A stretch of 24,801 nucleotides of DNA from a virus (Duplodnaviria > Caudoviricetes). This document shows, piece by piece, positions 24,456 to 24,801 of this stretch. The stretch lies in IMG/VR virus record IMGVR_UViG_3300050195_000104, positions 1 through 24,801 of that record. One strand, written 5' to 3'. A program made the position numbers and the translations under genes. Within the stretch, counting starts at the first letter, position 1; every line of letters starts with the position of its first letter. The notes under the pieces are model-generated. The model was not told where the DNA came from. It made no database searches and worked only from the letters and a program-made list of their open reading frames with translations.

Positions 24456-24801
24456 ACCGGCCCGCACCCTGAATAACCCCACGCTCTGTAGGGTCCGCAT
24501 ATAATACACACCTACACTAGACAAGTACCCATGCGACCGTTCCTCTCAGGAGGTAGGAACACGCAAGCCCTAACGCCTTACGCACCGCACCATCTGCACG
24601 GTAGCGCCAAGGTCAGACGGGAGACTCACTCGCCATACATGGGGGCAGTGCATGAACATGAGAGGTAGTCCGGACAAGCTTACATAGCTGCGGATACCTA
24701 TCTGAACCATGGAACATGGAACCAGACAGACACCACAAGGAACGACGATGAAGAGCACCACACACCGGCATGGACCAGCGCGACCGGCCACGGGCCGGGT
24801 G

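Noticed and set aside
24016-24456. 146-aa ORF with ACVR repeats and its antisense counterparts
   Set aside because: Translation of the non-coding tandem repeat; no RBS and no phage-like codon usage.

Overview
This window is the head-and-tail morphogenesis arm of a GC-rich tailed dsDNA phage (siphovirus). All credible genes are on the + strand. The gene order resembles Chi-like/Casjensviridae-type phages; this is from recall and was not searched. Order: end of head decoration gene, lambda gpE-type major capsid, head-tail connectors, tail tube, G/GT tail chaperones with a -1 frameshift, 1544-aa tape measure, distal tail, BR0599/gpL-like hub, tail-tip protein, fibre/LamG genes, four small membrane genes (no endolysin seen), a second appendage cassette (GH16 plus beta-helix protein, tailspike), and about 800 bp of non-coding, repeat-rich DNA. 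Two accessory insertions interrupt the tail operon: a Gp49/Sf6-gp66-family gene (possible nucleotide-signal sponge) and a dUTPase cassette. Most notable: (1) both accessory insertions share a leader in which a -10-like box overlaps the 5' arm of a hairpin closing over the ribosome-binding site, suggesting a transcript-dependent translation switch; (2) a roughly 100-nt GNRA-rich structured RNA with a possible antiterminator lies before the terminator upstream of the Gp49 gene; (3) several tail proteins carry grafted, compositionally foreign modules, some carbohydrate-binding. All family assignments come from motif recognition only.
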